A stretch of DNA of 64,000 bases from Terriglobia bacterium (GTDB lineage: Bacteria; Acidobacteriota; Polarisedimenticolia; Polarisedimenticolales; JAIQFR01), in assembly GCA_963748015.1 (NCBI GenBank), contig CAVVHE010000004.1, forward strand, positions 256,001 to 320,000. Direction: 5' to 3'. The notes below the pieces were generated by a model that saw only the letters and a list, made by a program, of their open reading frames with translations, made no database searches and had not been told where the DNA came from. The position numbers were made by a program, and so were the translations under genes. Of the stretch, positions 1-9,428 are shown in pieces (the first letter of the stretch is position 1; each line of letters starts with the position of its first letter).

Positions 1-1
1 G

Positions 2-376
2 CTCGACGCGGGGATCACCAAGGAAGACGTCCGGGTCCTCGCGGCGGAGGCTCGGCTCGGGATCGAGGACAAGCCCGCGAGCGCCTGCCTGTCCTCCCGC
101 ATCCCCGTGGGCATCGAGGTCACTTCCGAGCGACTGGGGCAGGTCGCCCGCGCCGAGGCGGCCCTGGCCGGGCTCGGCTTCCGCCAGTTCAGGGTCCGCC
201 ACCACGGCGAGATCGCCCGCCTCGAGCTCGACCCGGAAGGCGACGCGAGGCTCCAGGATCCCGAGGTCCGGCAACGGGTCATCGCCGCCGTCCGCGCCGC
301 CGGCTTTCGCTTCGTCGCCCTCGACCTCGAGGGCTACCGCACCGGTAGCCTCAATCCTCCCTCCTCCCCGCGCTAG
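2..376 (+). CDS. larE: ATP-dependent sacrificial sulfur transferase LarE family (5'-truncated by window edge)
   Basis: Frame 2 reads LDAGITKEDVR...DKPASACLSSRIP...QFRVRHHGEIARLE...FVALDLEGYRTGSLN, the typical LarE C-terminal motifs. Confidence 0.88.
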   Translation, partial: LDAGITKEDVRVLAAEARLGIEDKPASACLSSRIPVGIEVTSERLGQVARAEAALAGLGFRQFRVRHHGEIARLELDPEGDARLQDPEVRQRVIAAVRAAGFRFVALDLEGYRTGSLNPPSSPR

Positions 377-388
377 CCTCTCGGCAGC

Positions 389-547
389 GGAAGCGCGGGC
401 CCGAGTTCGACCCTCGGCGGCACGCTTCGGCGTTGCGCGGCCGAAAGTCGCCGCGCCGCCTCGCTCCGGTTTTCGAGCGGCCGTTCAGGGAAGAAACGGC
501 CGCTCGAAAACAGGGCCGCCGAGGGTCGAACTCGGACCCGAGCTTCC
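389..547. repeat. Nested palindromic element (~159 bp) between convergent genes
   Basis: Outer arms 389-421/515-547 (2 mismatches). Inner arms GTTTTCGAGCGGCCGTT 469-485 / 495-511, loop CAGGGAAGA. Confidence 0.85.
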
Positions 548-1036
548 TAGTCGGGACGATCCGCCGAGCCGGGAGAGAGGCCAGTAGCGGAAGACGACCC
601 GGCCGCGGAACCTCCCGGCGGGGACCGGGCCGAAGAGGCGGCTGTCGCTGCTCTCCCCCGGGTTGTCCCCGACCACCCATAACCGGGTCGACGAGCGATC
701 CTCGGGGTCCAGGACGAAAGGGGCGGTGGCTCCGGAGGGGCCGGGCTCCCGGGCGATCCGCTTGACCAGGGGGGTGCCGTCCGGGCCGAGGAGCAGCGCG
801 ACCTCGCCGGGCTCGGGGGCCCGGTGGCGGTAGGTCCACAGATTCACGATCACGCGGTCACCCGGGAGGAGCGCCGGCTTCATCGAGGGTCCCAGCACGG
901 TCCACGGGATCGCCACGAACTTCGTCCCGACGAGCACGACGGCCGTGAGGATCGCGAGGGCGGCGATCGTCTCCGTGAGCCACCGGAGCTCGGCGGGCAG
1001 CCTTCCGTGTGCGCGCCCCGGCGAGTCCGCCGTCAC
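485..1036 (-). CDS. Signal peptidase I / peptidase S26 family (short form)
   Basis: N-terminal TM helix, GPSM (catalytic Ser), LVKR (catalytic Lys), GDNPGESSDSRLFGPVP box E. The C-terminus runs into the palindrome. Confidence 0.85.
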   Translation of the reverse strand: MTADSPGRAHGRLPAELRWLTETIAALAILTAVVLVGTKFVAIPWTVLGPSMKPALLPGDRVIVNLWTYRHRAPEPGEVALLLGPDGTPLVKRIAREPGPSGATAPFVLDPEDRSSTRLWVVGDNPGESSDSRLFGPVPAGRFRGRVVFRYWPLSRLGGSSRLGSSGPSSTLGGPVFERPFLP

Positions 1037-1037
1037 T

Positions 1038-1889
1038 TCAAGAACCCTCTCGCGCCCGCGGATCGAGCAGGTCGCGAATGCCCTCGCCGACGAGGTTGCA
1101 CGCCAGCACGGCCGTGAAGAGGGCGGCGCCCGGGAACACCGCGAGCCACCAGGCCCGTTCGACGTGCACGCGGGCTTCCGTGAGGAGACCGCCCCAGGTC
1201 GCGGTCGGGGGGCGCACCCCGAGGCCCAGGAACGAGAGCGCGGCCTCCAGCAGGATCGCGGCGCCCACGGCGAAGGCGGCCGTCACCAGGACCGGGGCGA
1301 GGGCCGAGGGGAGGACGTGCCGCAGCGCGATCCTGAGATGTCCCGCCCCCGAGGCCCGGGCGGCCGCCACCATCTCCGAGCCCTTGAGGCGCAGGAACTC
1401 GCCGCGAAGGTAGCGGGCGACCGGCGTCCAGCCGCTCATCCCCAGGACGAGGGCGATGCGGATGCCGTCGGGAAGGGACTCGATCCAGGCCGGCGCCGTC
1501 GCGAGGACCGCGAGAGCGAGCAGCAGGCTCGGGAAGCAGAGGACCGCTTCGACGCAGCGGGAGATCACGGCGTCCGCGACCCCTCCCCGGTACCCCGCGA
1601 GGGCGCCGAGGGGCACGCCCACGAGCAGGGCGAGCAACGCGGTCAGGAGGCCGACGCCGACGGAGACCCTCGCGCCGTGGACGAGCCGCGCCGCGAGGTC
1701 CCGGCCGAGGCCGTCGGTGCCGAGCCAGTGCGCCGGAGACGGCGGCGCGAGCACCGCGTCGAGATCCACCGCGTAGGGGTCGTGAGGGATCGGCCCCCGG
1801 CTGCTCGCGAGGAGCGGGGCAAAGAGGCCGATCATCGCCAGCGCGCCGAGGAGAATCAGGCCCGCGGCGAGCCCGCGCCGCCTACGCAC
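1038..1889 (-). CDS. oppC: Peptide/nickel ABC transporter permease (OppC/DppC type)
   Basis: HWLGTDGLGRD, EAA-like loop AAARASGA, LEAALSFLGLG. Confidence 0.9.
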   Translation of the reverse strand: MRRRRGLAAGLILLGALAMIGLFAPLLASSRGPIPHDPYAVDLDAVLAPPSPAHWLGTDGLGRDLAARLVHGARVSVGVGLLTALLALLVGVPLGALAGYRGGVADAVISRCVEAVLCFPSLLLALAVLATAPAWIESLPDGIRIALVLGMSGWTPVARYLRGEFLRLKGSEMVAAARASGAGHLRIALRHVLPSALAPVLVTAAFAVGAAILLEAALSFLGLGVRPPTATWGGLLTEARVHVERAWWLAVFPGAALFTAVLACNLVGEGIRDLLDPRAREGS

Positions 1890-2859
1890 GGCGCACCCGC
1901 GGGTCGGCCGCGGCGTAGGCGAGGTCCGCCAGGAGGATCCCCGCCAGCGTCGCGATCCCGGAGAGGAGCGTGAGGCCCATGATCACCGGCACGTCGCGCT
2001 CGAACATCGCCTCGACGAAGAGCCGGCCGAGGCCCGGGATCGCGAAGATCGTCTCGACGATCACCGACCCGCCCACGAGTCCCGGCAACAGGAAGCCCGC
2101 GAGGGTGAGCAGCGGGACGGAGGCCTGGCGGAAGCCGTGACGGACGAGCACCCCGCGCTCGGAGAGGCCGCGGGCCCTCGCCGCGCGTGCCGCCTCGGCG
2201 AGCCGGCCGTCCACGAGCGTCCCGCGGACGAAGCGCGAGACGAACGCGATCCCCGGGTACGCGAGGCACACCGCGGGCAGCAGCAGGTGCGCGGCTCCGT
2301 CGGCGAGCCGCGCCGCGAGCCCCCACGTCTCCGAGTCCGGCGAGGCCAGCCCGTGCAGGGGAAGCCAGCGAAGCCGCACGGAGAAGGCGATCTGGAGGAG
2401 CAGCGCCGCCCAGAACGCCGGCACCGCGTAGAGGGCGTACGTTCCCACCCCGGTCGCGCGGTCGAGCCACGTCCCCGGGCGCGTCGCCGCGGCGGCGCCG
2501 AGCGGGACCGACACGCCGAGCATCAGCGCGATCGCGGCGAGGTTCAGCGCGAGCGTCACCGGGAGGCGCTCGGCGATCTTCGCCGAGACGGGGAGGCGGT
2601 CGTGAAACGAGCGGCCGAGATCGCCGCGCGCGACGTCCTTGAGCCAGAGCGCGAACCGGAGGTGCACCGGCTCGTCGAGGTGATACAGCGCCCGGATCTC
2701 GGCCCTCTGCTCCGGGGTGACCCGCGTGAGGCCCTCCTCGCCCCCATCCTGGGCGAAGGGATCGCCCGGCGACATTCCCGCCAGCACGAACACGACGACG
2801 CTGACGAGGAGGAGCGTCGCCGCGGCGGTGGCCAGGCGCCGCCCCGCGAGGCGGTACAA
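1882..2859 (-). CDS. oppB: Peptide/nickel ABC transporter permease (OppB/DppB type)
   Basis: GDLGRSF, AARARGLSE, GGSVIVETIFAIPGLG. Confidence 0.9.
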   Translation of the reverse strand: MYRLAGRRLATAAATLLLVSVVVFVLAGMSPGDPFAQDGGEEGLTRVTPEQRAEIRALYHLDEPVHLRFALWLKDVARGDLGRSFHDRLPVSAKIAERLPVTLALNLAAIALMLGVSVPLGAAAATRPGTWLDRATGVGTYALYAVPAFWAALLLQIAFSVRLRWLPLHGLASPDSETWGLAARLADGAAHLLLPAVCLAYPGIAFVSRFVRGTLVDGRLAEAARAARARGLSERGVLVRHGFRQASVPLLTLAGFLLPGLVGGSVIVETIFAIPGLGRLFVEAMFERDVPVIMGLTLLSGIATLAGILLADLAYAAADPRVRRA

Positions 2860-2862
2860 GGC

Positions 2863-4638
2863 TCAGCTCCCGCCGCCCGCGGGAGCCGGTGGGCCCCAGC
2901 TCCACTGGCGAGGGCCGGGGTAGACGACCCACAGGCCGAGCGGGGACGGCTTCAGCCCGGAGAGCCGCGAATCCGCCAGCACCGGCGCCGCGAAGTGGAA
3001 CAGGACCGAGATCGGCTCGAGCTCGTGGAGGCGCGCCTCGAGCCGCGCGTACACGGCCTTGCGGGCCGCGAAATCGAACGTCGTCCGCCCTTCCTCCACG
3101 AGGCGGTCCACCTCGGGATCGGCAAGGCCCGTGAAGTTCATCCCGTTCTCCCGCGCCGAGGAGTGGTACAGCTCGAACTGGTCCGGGGCGGGGGAGAGGT
3201 TGAAGCTGCCCATCAACGCCTCGAACTCCCGCCCGCGCCGCCGCTCCAGGAAGGTCTTCCACTCGAGCTTCCGGATCTCGACCGCGACGCCGGCCTTCGA
3301 GAGGGACTGCTGGATCCACGCGGCGATCCGGTCGGTCACCTCCTGCGTCCCCGCTGGGATCGTGAGCGTGAACGCGAGCGGGCGGCCGCCCCTGGACCGC
3401 GCGCCGGTCGGGCCCGCCTTCCATCCCGCCGCGTCGAGAAGCCGCGCGGCCTCCTCCGAATCGTACGGCCAGGGGCGGATCGACGGGTCGGTCCAGGGAG
3501 AGTCCGGGTGATAGGTCAGGGCGCCCGGCCTGGCCAGCCCGCCGAGCACGCTCTTGACGAACGGCTCCCGGTCGAGGGCGAGGACCATCGCGCGTCTCAC
3601 CCTCGGGTCGCCGAAGACCGGGTCGCGCCCGGCCTGGTTCCACGCGACGTACCACGCGCTCATCGGGTAGTAGATGAACCGGCGGAAACGCGACGCCTCG
3701 GCGGCCGACTCCGCCGCGCGAAACGTGTCCGGGGTCACGCCGAGGAGGTCCAGGTCTCCGCGCAGCAGCGCCTGGTACGAGGTGCGCTCGTCGGGAAGCA
3801 CGTCGAACGAGATCCGGTCGAGGAGGGGACGGCCGTCCCAGTACGACGGGTTCGCCTCGAGCACGATCCCCCGCCCGGGCTCCGCCTTGACGAGACGGAA
3901 GGGGCCGCAGCCCACGGGGTGCTTCGCGAACTCGCCCGTGAGGAGGTCGGCGTCGCGCCCGGCGAGGTGCTCGGGAACGATCGGGAGCGTCCACGAGTCG
4001 AGGACGTCGGCGTAGGGCTTCGAGTACACCGCCCGCACCGTGAGCGGGTCCAGCGCCTCCACGGACACGAGGTCCGAGAACTGGCCGATGTACGAGCGCG
4101 CCTCGGTCTTCGGGTCGCGCACCTTGCCGACCGTGAACACGACGTCCTTCGCGGTCAGCGGGGCGCCGTCCTGCCACTTGACGCCGTCCCGGAGATGGAG
4201 CGTGACCACCTTGCCGTCGGGCGAGATCTCGTAGGAGCGGACCAGCCGCGGCTGCAGCGTCAGGGACGCGTCGTACTGGAACGGGCTGTCGGTCACGAGC
4301 CGCGCGATGACGTTCGAAGCGCTGTCGGTCTTCCCGATCAGCGACAGCGACGCCGGGTAAGCGTTCAGCGCCGCTCTCACGGCAGCGGCGTGCTCCGGCT
4401 TCGGCGCCTGCCCCGAACAGGCGACCGCGGCGGCTACCATGATCGCGAGAGCGACCGTCGCGAGCCGACGAGGGAAGTACCTCCCGGCGGCGTGACAGGA
4501 GCGCGGCCGCGCCATCGGCGCGCGGCCGCGCGATGTCAGAGCGACGAGCGAGACGCAACGTCGAGCGAGGAGCGCCCGCGGGGAGGTACTTCCCTCGTCG
4601 GCTCGCGACGTCCTCGAGTTCGCCAACGGTGCGTTCAT
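2863..4638 (-). CDS. oppA: Peptide ABC transporter substrate-binding lipoprotein (family 5)
   Basis: HLRDGVKWQDGAPLTAKDVVFT, PVGCGPF, lipobox AVAC. Start set at ATG 4638 because of the RBS AAGGAGG upstream; alternative start ATG 4515. Confidence 0.88.
   Translation of the reverse strand: MNAPLANSRTSRADEGSTSPRALLARRCVSLVALTSRGRAPMARPRSCHAAGRYFPRRLATVALAIMVAAAVACSGQAPKPEHAAAVRAALNAYPASLSLIGKTDSASNVIARLVTDSPFQYDASLTLQPRLVRSYEISPDGKVVTLHLRDGVKWQDGAPLTAKDVVFTVGKVRDPKTEARSYIGQFSDLVSVEALDPLTVRAVYSKPYADVLDSWTLPIVPEHLAGRDADLLTGEFAKHPVGCGPFRLVKAEPGRGIVLEANPSYWDGRPLLDRISFDVLPDERTSYQALLRGDLDLLGVTPDTFRAAESAAEASRFRRFIYYPMSAWYVAWNQAGRDPVFGDPRVRRAMVLALDREPFVKSVLGGLARPGALTYHPDSPWTDPSIRPWPYDSEEAARLLDAAGWKAGPTGARSRGGRPLAFTLTIPAGTQEVTDRIAAWIQQSLSKAGVAVEIRKLEWKTFLERRRGREFEALMGSFNLSPAPDQFELYHSSARENGMNFTGLADPEVDRLVEEGRTTFDFAARKAVYARLEARLHELEPISVLFHFAAPVLADSRLSGLKPSPLGLWVVYPGPRQWSWGPPAPAGGGS
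4456..4610. repeat. Palindromic element (~155 bp) inside the oppA 5' coding region
   Basis: Perfect 30-bp inverted repeat CGTCGCGAGCCGACGAGGGAAGTACCTCCC at 4456-4485 / 4581-4610, with an inner GC hairpin at about 4501-4531. Confidence 0.9.
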
Positions 4639-4663
4639 CGTCGCGCCCCTCCTTCGTGCGGAA

Positions 4664-6814
4664 TCACGGCACCGGAACCGGCTTCTCCGCGACGTTGCCG
4701 GCGTCGTCGAGCACCCTGATCGTCTGAACGGCCTCGGCGCCCGAGCCGAGGCCGGTCGCGGGAATGCGGAAGGTCTCCTCGCGAGAGTCCGCAACGCCGT
4801 CCGAGGGGCGGGCCTGGAACACCGCCTTTCCGTCCCGCATCGCCTCGACCCGGTTCACGGGGCTCAGCGCGTCCGTCGCCTTGATCTCCAGGTCGCCTCC
4901 GGCGACCCTCCGGACCTCGAGCAAGGGCGCCGAGCGGTCCACGGTCACGAAGAGAGAGAGGGCGGAGGCCTTCTCCTTCCCGTCCTCCGGGGAGTTCGCG
5001 GCTCGGTCGCCGGCGAAGGCGCGGACCTCGTAGGTTCCCTCGGCCACCGCGGCCGTGTCCCAAACCGCCTTACCGTCCTTCCACGAGACTTCGTCGTCCG
5101 CGTCCGTGCCGCCCGAGGTGTCCAACCCGTCGGCGCGCGCGCCGACGCTCCAAGCTTCGGTCCCGGGCACGCGGTAGCGGATCTCCACCGACACCGGATC
5201 CCCGTCGGGATCGGAGACCGCGAAACGGAGCGTCGCCTTGCCGGACACGGCCGGCTTGGGCGCGTCGAGCGTGAACTCCCTGATCTCCGGAGAGCGATTG
5301 ACCAGGGCGTAGCTGATCGATGCGGCCGAGACCCGCGAGCCGGTGACCTCGCCGCCGGCGAGCCGCGCCCGCCACTGCACGTAGCGGCCGTCGGGATTCG
5401 TCACGCGGCTCACGGAGGGGTCGGTCATCGCGGGTCCCCACGCCGACCAGGTCGCGTCGGGCTCCCCGGTGTTTCCGGTGCGCGTGTAGAACTCCGCGCG
5501 TCCCGGGGGGCCCTCGACGCGCCACCGGATCGCGCCCCACCGCGCGAGCCCGCCCGCGTCGAACGGGCGCGATACGAAGACCCCCGCTTCCTTCGCCTCC
5601 CGCTCCAACCGGAACGCGGCGGCCGGATTGCTCGTCGCCGCGACGAGCGTGCTCCCCGCCGCGAGGAGACCCGTCACCTGTCCCTCGGAGAACGACTCGA
5701 AGAGCGCGACCTCGCCTCCCGGCTCCGAGCGGTAGATGCGCGCGGGCTCTCCGGCGCCGAACACGGCTCTCCCTTCCGCGTCCGACAGGACGCAGAACGG
5801 GGCCTCGACGGCCGAGCGCCAGATCTCGGTGGCCTGCCCGTCCGGCGCGATCCGGATCACGCGGCCGCGGACGCGCCGCGCGCGCTCCTCGCCGGGGGTG
5901 GCGAGCCCCTCGATGATCCCCTCGAGCATCGGCCCCTGCCGCTCCTGGAAATCCCCGACGTGGTCGGGGGACGCGCCGACCTCGGCACCTCCCGCGACCT
6001 GGATGCGCACCGCGGGCACTCGCGGCTCGGCCTCCGGCGGCCCGAGGAACGCCGCGTAGATCGCTCCGTCGGGGGCGATCGCCACCGATCGGGCCTCGGG
6101 AAGGTCGTCGTCGTGGAGGACGCGGGCGTGCCCCTCCGCGTCGATCCTGTAGACGAGGCCGCGTCCCGCTCCGCCGGCGATCAGGCCGCCACCCGGAAGG
6201 AGTGCCATGGAGACGATGTGCGATTCGTCGCTGTCGAAGAAAGGCTCGGCCTTCCCGTCCGGGTCGATCTTGAAGAGGACGCCCTGGTCCCCTGTTCCCG
6301 CGAACACCGAGCCGTCCCGCGCGACGGCGAGCGACCAGACGTAGCGCTCGCCGGTCTCGCACCACACGCTCCCCTTGCCTCCCGCGCCGATGCGGTAGAT
6401 CTTCCCGCCGGGAGCCGTGCCCGCCAGCAGGTCGCCGCCCGGGAGGACCGCGAGCGCCGTGACCATCGGCTCCGCCGCGGAGAAGAGGACGGTCACCGTC
6501 CCCGCGGGCGTGACCTTGATGACCTTTCCGCCTGGCCCGGTCCCCAGGAAGACGTTCCCCGCGGCGTCGGAGACCGCCGACCAGACCTGCGCGGGAGCGC
6601 CCGCCGCCCGCGCGGAGGCGAGCGGAACGAAGCGGGGGACGAGGAACAGCCGGCCTCGCGAGGTGATGGCGACGCCGTCGGCATCGCCTCGCTGCATCTC
6701 GGCGGCGCCGGCGGTCACGACCCGTGTGTGGACCGCCCCCGCGGGCAGGGGGGCGAGCGCGGCGCAGGCGGAGGCGAGCGCGATCGCGGCGAGGCGGACC
6801 GAGCGGCGGCTCAT
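4664..6814 (-). CDS. Secreted beta-propeller (WD40-like) protein with C-terminal Ig/FN3-like domains
   Basis: Signal peptide. Repeated blade motifs (VWSAVSDAAGNVFLGTG, VWSLAVARDGSVFAGTG). C-terminal DPDGD and WDT..EGTYEVR. Confidence 0.75.
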   Translation of the reverse strand: MSRRSVRLAAIALASACAALAPLPAGAVHTRVVTAGAAEMQRGDADGVAITSRGRLFLVPRFVPLASARAAGAPAQVWSAVSDAAGNVFLGTGPGGKVIKVTPAGTVTVLFSAAEPMVTALAVLPGGDLLAGTAPGGKIYRIGAGGKGSVWCETGERYVWSLAVARDGSVFAGTGDQGVLFKIDPDGKAEPFFDSDESHIVSMALLPGGGLIAGGAGRGLVYRIDAEGHARVLHDDDLPEARSVAIAPDGAIYAAFLGPPEAEPRVPAVRIQVAGGAEVGASPDHVGDFQERQGPMLEGIIEGLATPGEERARRVRGRVIRIAPDGQATEIWRSAVEAPFCVLSDAEGRAVFGAGEPARIYRSEPGGEVALFESFSEGQVTGLLAAGSTLVAATSNPAAAFRLEREAKEAGVFVSRPFDAGGLARWGAIRWRVEGPPGRAEFYTRTGNTGEPDATWSAWGPAMTDPSVSRVTNPDGRYVQWRARLAGGEVTGSRVSAASISYALVNRSPEIREFTLDAPKPAVSGKATLRFAVSDPDGDPVSVEIRYRVPGTEAWSVGARADGLDTSGGTDADDEVSWKDGKAVWDTAAVAEGTYEVRAFAGDRAANSPEDGKEKASALSLFVTVDRSAPLLEVRRVAGGDLEIKATDALSPVNRVEAMRDGKAVFQARPSDGVADSREETFRIPATGLGSGAEAVQTIRVLDDAGNVAEKPVPVP

Positions 6815-8601
6815 CGGGCCTCCACCTCGAGCTGAACGCGCGCCATCCCCTCGACGGAGTACTCCGCGAGGATCTCCTCCTCGAGGAGCGCGCGGCGCTG
6901 CACCACCGCGAGGTTCCCCTGGCTCTTCGGGCGCAGCAGGATCGAGAGCGCCGACGGCGGAAGGGAGGGCAGGCGCTCGCCGCCCATCACGACCCCGGCG
7001 TCCTCGCGGATCCCGAGGACGTAGACGCGATCGTTGCGCCGAAGCTGATTGATCAGCTTGACGAGCTGGGCGAGGTCCCGGGGCATGATGTCCGCGTCGC
7101 CGCCCTCGGCCCGGCTCAGGTTGCTCCCGTCGCCGACGAACAGCTGGAGGCGTCCCGGCGGCGTCTCCGGCGGGATCTCGAACTCTCGCTTCAAGACCTG
7201 CTCCGCGCCGCGGTACGGGACGACGACCACGGAGACCTCCACCTTGTCTCCCGGGCGGACCCGGTAGCGGTCCACGCCGACCCGCTGGATCCTCGCCACG
7301 TGCGGCTCGAGGTCGTAGTCCAGGATCAGGTTGATCCCGGAGACCTTCGGGGGCGCCCAGTCGTTGTTGAGTAGCAGGTAGAGGATGTACGCGGGGATTC
7401 CCGTCGCGTAATACGCCGCCTGCGGCCCTGCGTAGAGGTTGTCGATCTCGACGTCCCCGACGCCGTCGAGCTTGATGACGGACCCCTCGGCGAGGCGCAG
7501 CGTGACGCTGCCGACGACCCGCTCCTTGCTCGCGAGGATGCCGTTCAATCCGGCATAGAGGATCAGGGGGGCGAGCAGGGGATCGCTCGCCATGTCGAAC
7601 GAGAAGGTCTCGGCGGGGCCGCCCCGCGAGCGGAGCTGGATGCGGACCGGGATCATGCGGGGAGTCGCCCCGATCTTCCCGAAGATCCCGGACACCCGGT
7701 CCTGGCGGAACGCGCCGATCTCCGACAGGGGCGTCGCCATCCTGGCGGACTCCTGCAGGCTCGGGAGAAGCGCCTCGGCCCGCGCGCCGGTCAGGGGCAT
7801 GTCCACGGGGCCGAGACCGTAGAACGGGTGTCCGAAGGCCATGACGCGATCGCCGTCCACCCAGGTCACGGTGCCGGTCGCCGTGATGTCCAGGTCGCCC
7901 CGGCAGAGCTTGATGCCGACCGCGGAGCCGGGGCCGAGCGCCGGGGACGGGTCGGGGGAGTGCCCCGCCCCGCCGCCCTGCATCGGGGCGAAGCCCGAGC
8001 GTCCGAAGATCGGCGAGATCCGGTCGAGCCCCGAGGCGCCGATTCCGGCCACGGAGACCGGCACGGAGATCGGGGCCGCGGCGGCCGGCCGCGGAAGCCG
8101 CGAGAGGATCCCGTCGGGAAAGAACGCCGCCACGGCATCGGGCGAGCGCAGGCGCGACAGCGCCGCGCGGTCGAGCGGCGCGCCCGCCTTCGGCGGGGCG
8201 GCCGGTCCCTCGCCGCGCGCGGCGGCCGCGAGCATCTCCTCGATCGGCGTGATCCCGGCGATCGGATCCTTGGAGAATCCCCAGCTGTACGCGACCGCGC
8301 CGATCAGCTTGCCCTCGACGAACACGGGGCTGCCGCTCATCCCGGCGAGCACGCCGGTGTGGGCGAGCGGGCCTCCGCTGAGCCGTCCCAGGATCAGGTT
8401 CTGCCCCGGGCCGATGTTCGGCAGGGTCCCGATGATCTCGACCTCGAACTCCTCGACCGCGGTCCCGGCGAAGACCGTCTTGCCCGTCCCCTTCATGCCC
8501 GCGCGGACCTCGGAGAACGGCAGGATCGGAGGAGCGGAGGCTCCGGCCGCGGACGGCAGGAGCGACAGGAGCAGCAGCAACGACAGCATCGGTTTCTTCA
8601 C
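6811..8601 (-). CDS. SpoIVB-like peptidase S55 domain protein, secreted
   Basis: GVLAGMSGSPVFVEGKLIGAV, ATGTVT...AFGHPF. Start GTG 8601 precedes a signal peptide. Confidence 0.85.
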   Translation of the reverse strand: MKKPMLSLLLLLSLLPSAAGASAPPILPFSEVRAGMKGTGKTVFAGTAVEEFEVEIIGTLPNIGPGQNLILGRLSGGPLAHTGVLAGMSGSPVFVEGKLIGAVAYSWGFSKDPIAGITPIEEMLAAAARGEGPAAPPKAGAPLDRAALSRLRSPDAVAAFFPDGILSRLPRPAAAAPISVPVSVAGIGASGLDRISPIFGRSGFAPMQGGGAGHSPDPSPALGPGSAVGIKLCRGDLDITATGTVTWVDGDRVMAFGHPFYGLGPVDMPLTGARAEALLPSLQESARMATPLSEIGAFRQDRVSGIFGKIGATPRMIPVRIQLRSRGGPAETFSFDMASDPLLAPLILYAGLNGILASKERVVGSVTLRLAEGSVIKLDGVGDVEIDNLYAGPQAAYYATGIPAYILYLLLNNDWAPPKVSGINLILDYDLEPHVARIQRVGVDRYRVRPGDKVEVSVVVVPYRGAEQVLKREFEIPPETPPGRLQLFVGDGSNLSRAEGGDADIMPRDLAQLVKLINQLRRNDRVYVLGIREDAGVVMGGERLPSLPPSALSILLRPKSQGNLAVVQRRALLEEEILAEYSVEGMARVQLEVEAR

Positions 8602-8725
8602 GGGCACTCCCGCGCGCGGCTGGCCCCGGTGCGCGCGCCGAGATCGAATGTAGAGAATAACACGCGAAAACAAGCGGAATCGTGGAGAGCGCGGCGTTGC
8701 CACCGCGGCCGGGCGAGACCCGGTC

Positions 8726-9403
8726 TCAGGCCGAAGGCCCCACCCGGTCGCCCCCGGCGCCCCGGGCGGCGTCCATGCCCCGGCGAGCCCGCGCGATCAG
8801 GTCGGCCCCGGACGCCACGTCCTCGCCGGGACAGCCGGAAACCCCCACGCTGACGGTCGCCTTGAGGGGAAGGGCGGGGCGCTCCCGCCCGGGCCGCTCG
8901 GGCTTGAACAGCAGGTGGGCCGCCGCCGTCCGCAGTCTCTCCGCGACGACCCGCGCTCCCGCCGGCTCGGTCTCGGGCAGGATCACGCCGAGCTCCCCGC
9001 GTCGAGGCCGGAAGAGGAGATCCACCTCCCGGATCGCTCGCCGGGCCGCCTCGGCGATCGAATCCAGGAAGGCGTCCACCGCCGCGGCGCCGTGCGTGCC
9101 GTCGAGATCCTCGATGTGATCGAGCGAGAGCAGCGCGAATCCGAGCGGGTGCCGGTAGCGGACGCTCCGCAGGTACTCGTTCTCGATGTGGCGATCGAGC
9201 ACGTCGCGCGCGGCCGCCTCGAGGAAGACGGGGTGGGAGGCCGGGCGCGCGACGATCGCGAGGTCGGGGGAGAGGGAGCGGATCGCCTGGGCGACGTCCG
9301 CTCCCTCGGCGAGCTCGAGGATCGTAGCGCCGCCGCCGAGCGCCGCGATCTCGCGCCGCCGGTCCGCGTCGAACGGTCCGAGGATCAGGATCCGAAGGCC
9401 CAC
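8726..9403 (-). CDS. GGDEF-fold protein with degenerate active site
   Basis: GGDEF scaffold (RYRHPLGFALLSLD, DGTHG, VAERLR, TVSVGVS), but the signature reads RRGEL. Confidence 0.7.
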   Translation of the reverse strand: MGLRILILGPFDADRRREIAALGGGATILELAEGADVAQAIRSLSPDLAIVARPASHPVFLEAAARDVLDRHIENEYLRSVRYRHPLGFALLSLDHIEDLDGTHGAAAVDAFLDSIAEAARRAIREVDLLFRPRRGELGVILPETEPAGARVVAERLRTAAAHLLFKPERPGRERPALPLKATVSVGVSGCPGEDVASGADLIARARRGMDAARGAGGDRVGPSA

Positions 9404-9428
9404 GTTCGCCTCCGCCGGCCCCGCCGCG

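Noticed and set aside
485..1036. Ni-SOD maturation protease SodX
   Set aside because: The short S26 form is similar, but it has an N-terminal TM anchor and there is no sodN nearby.
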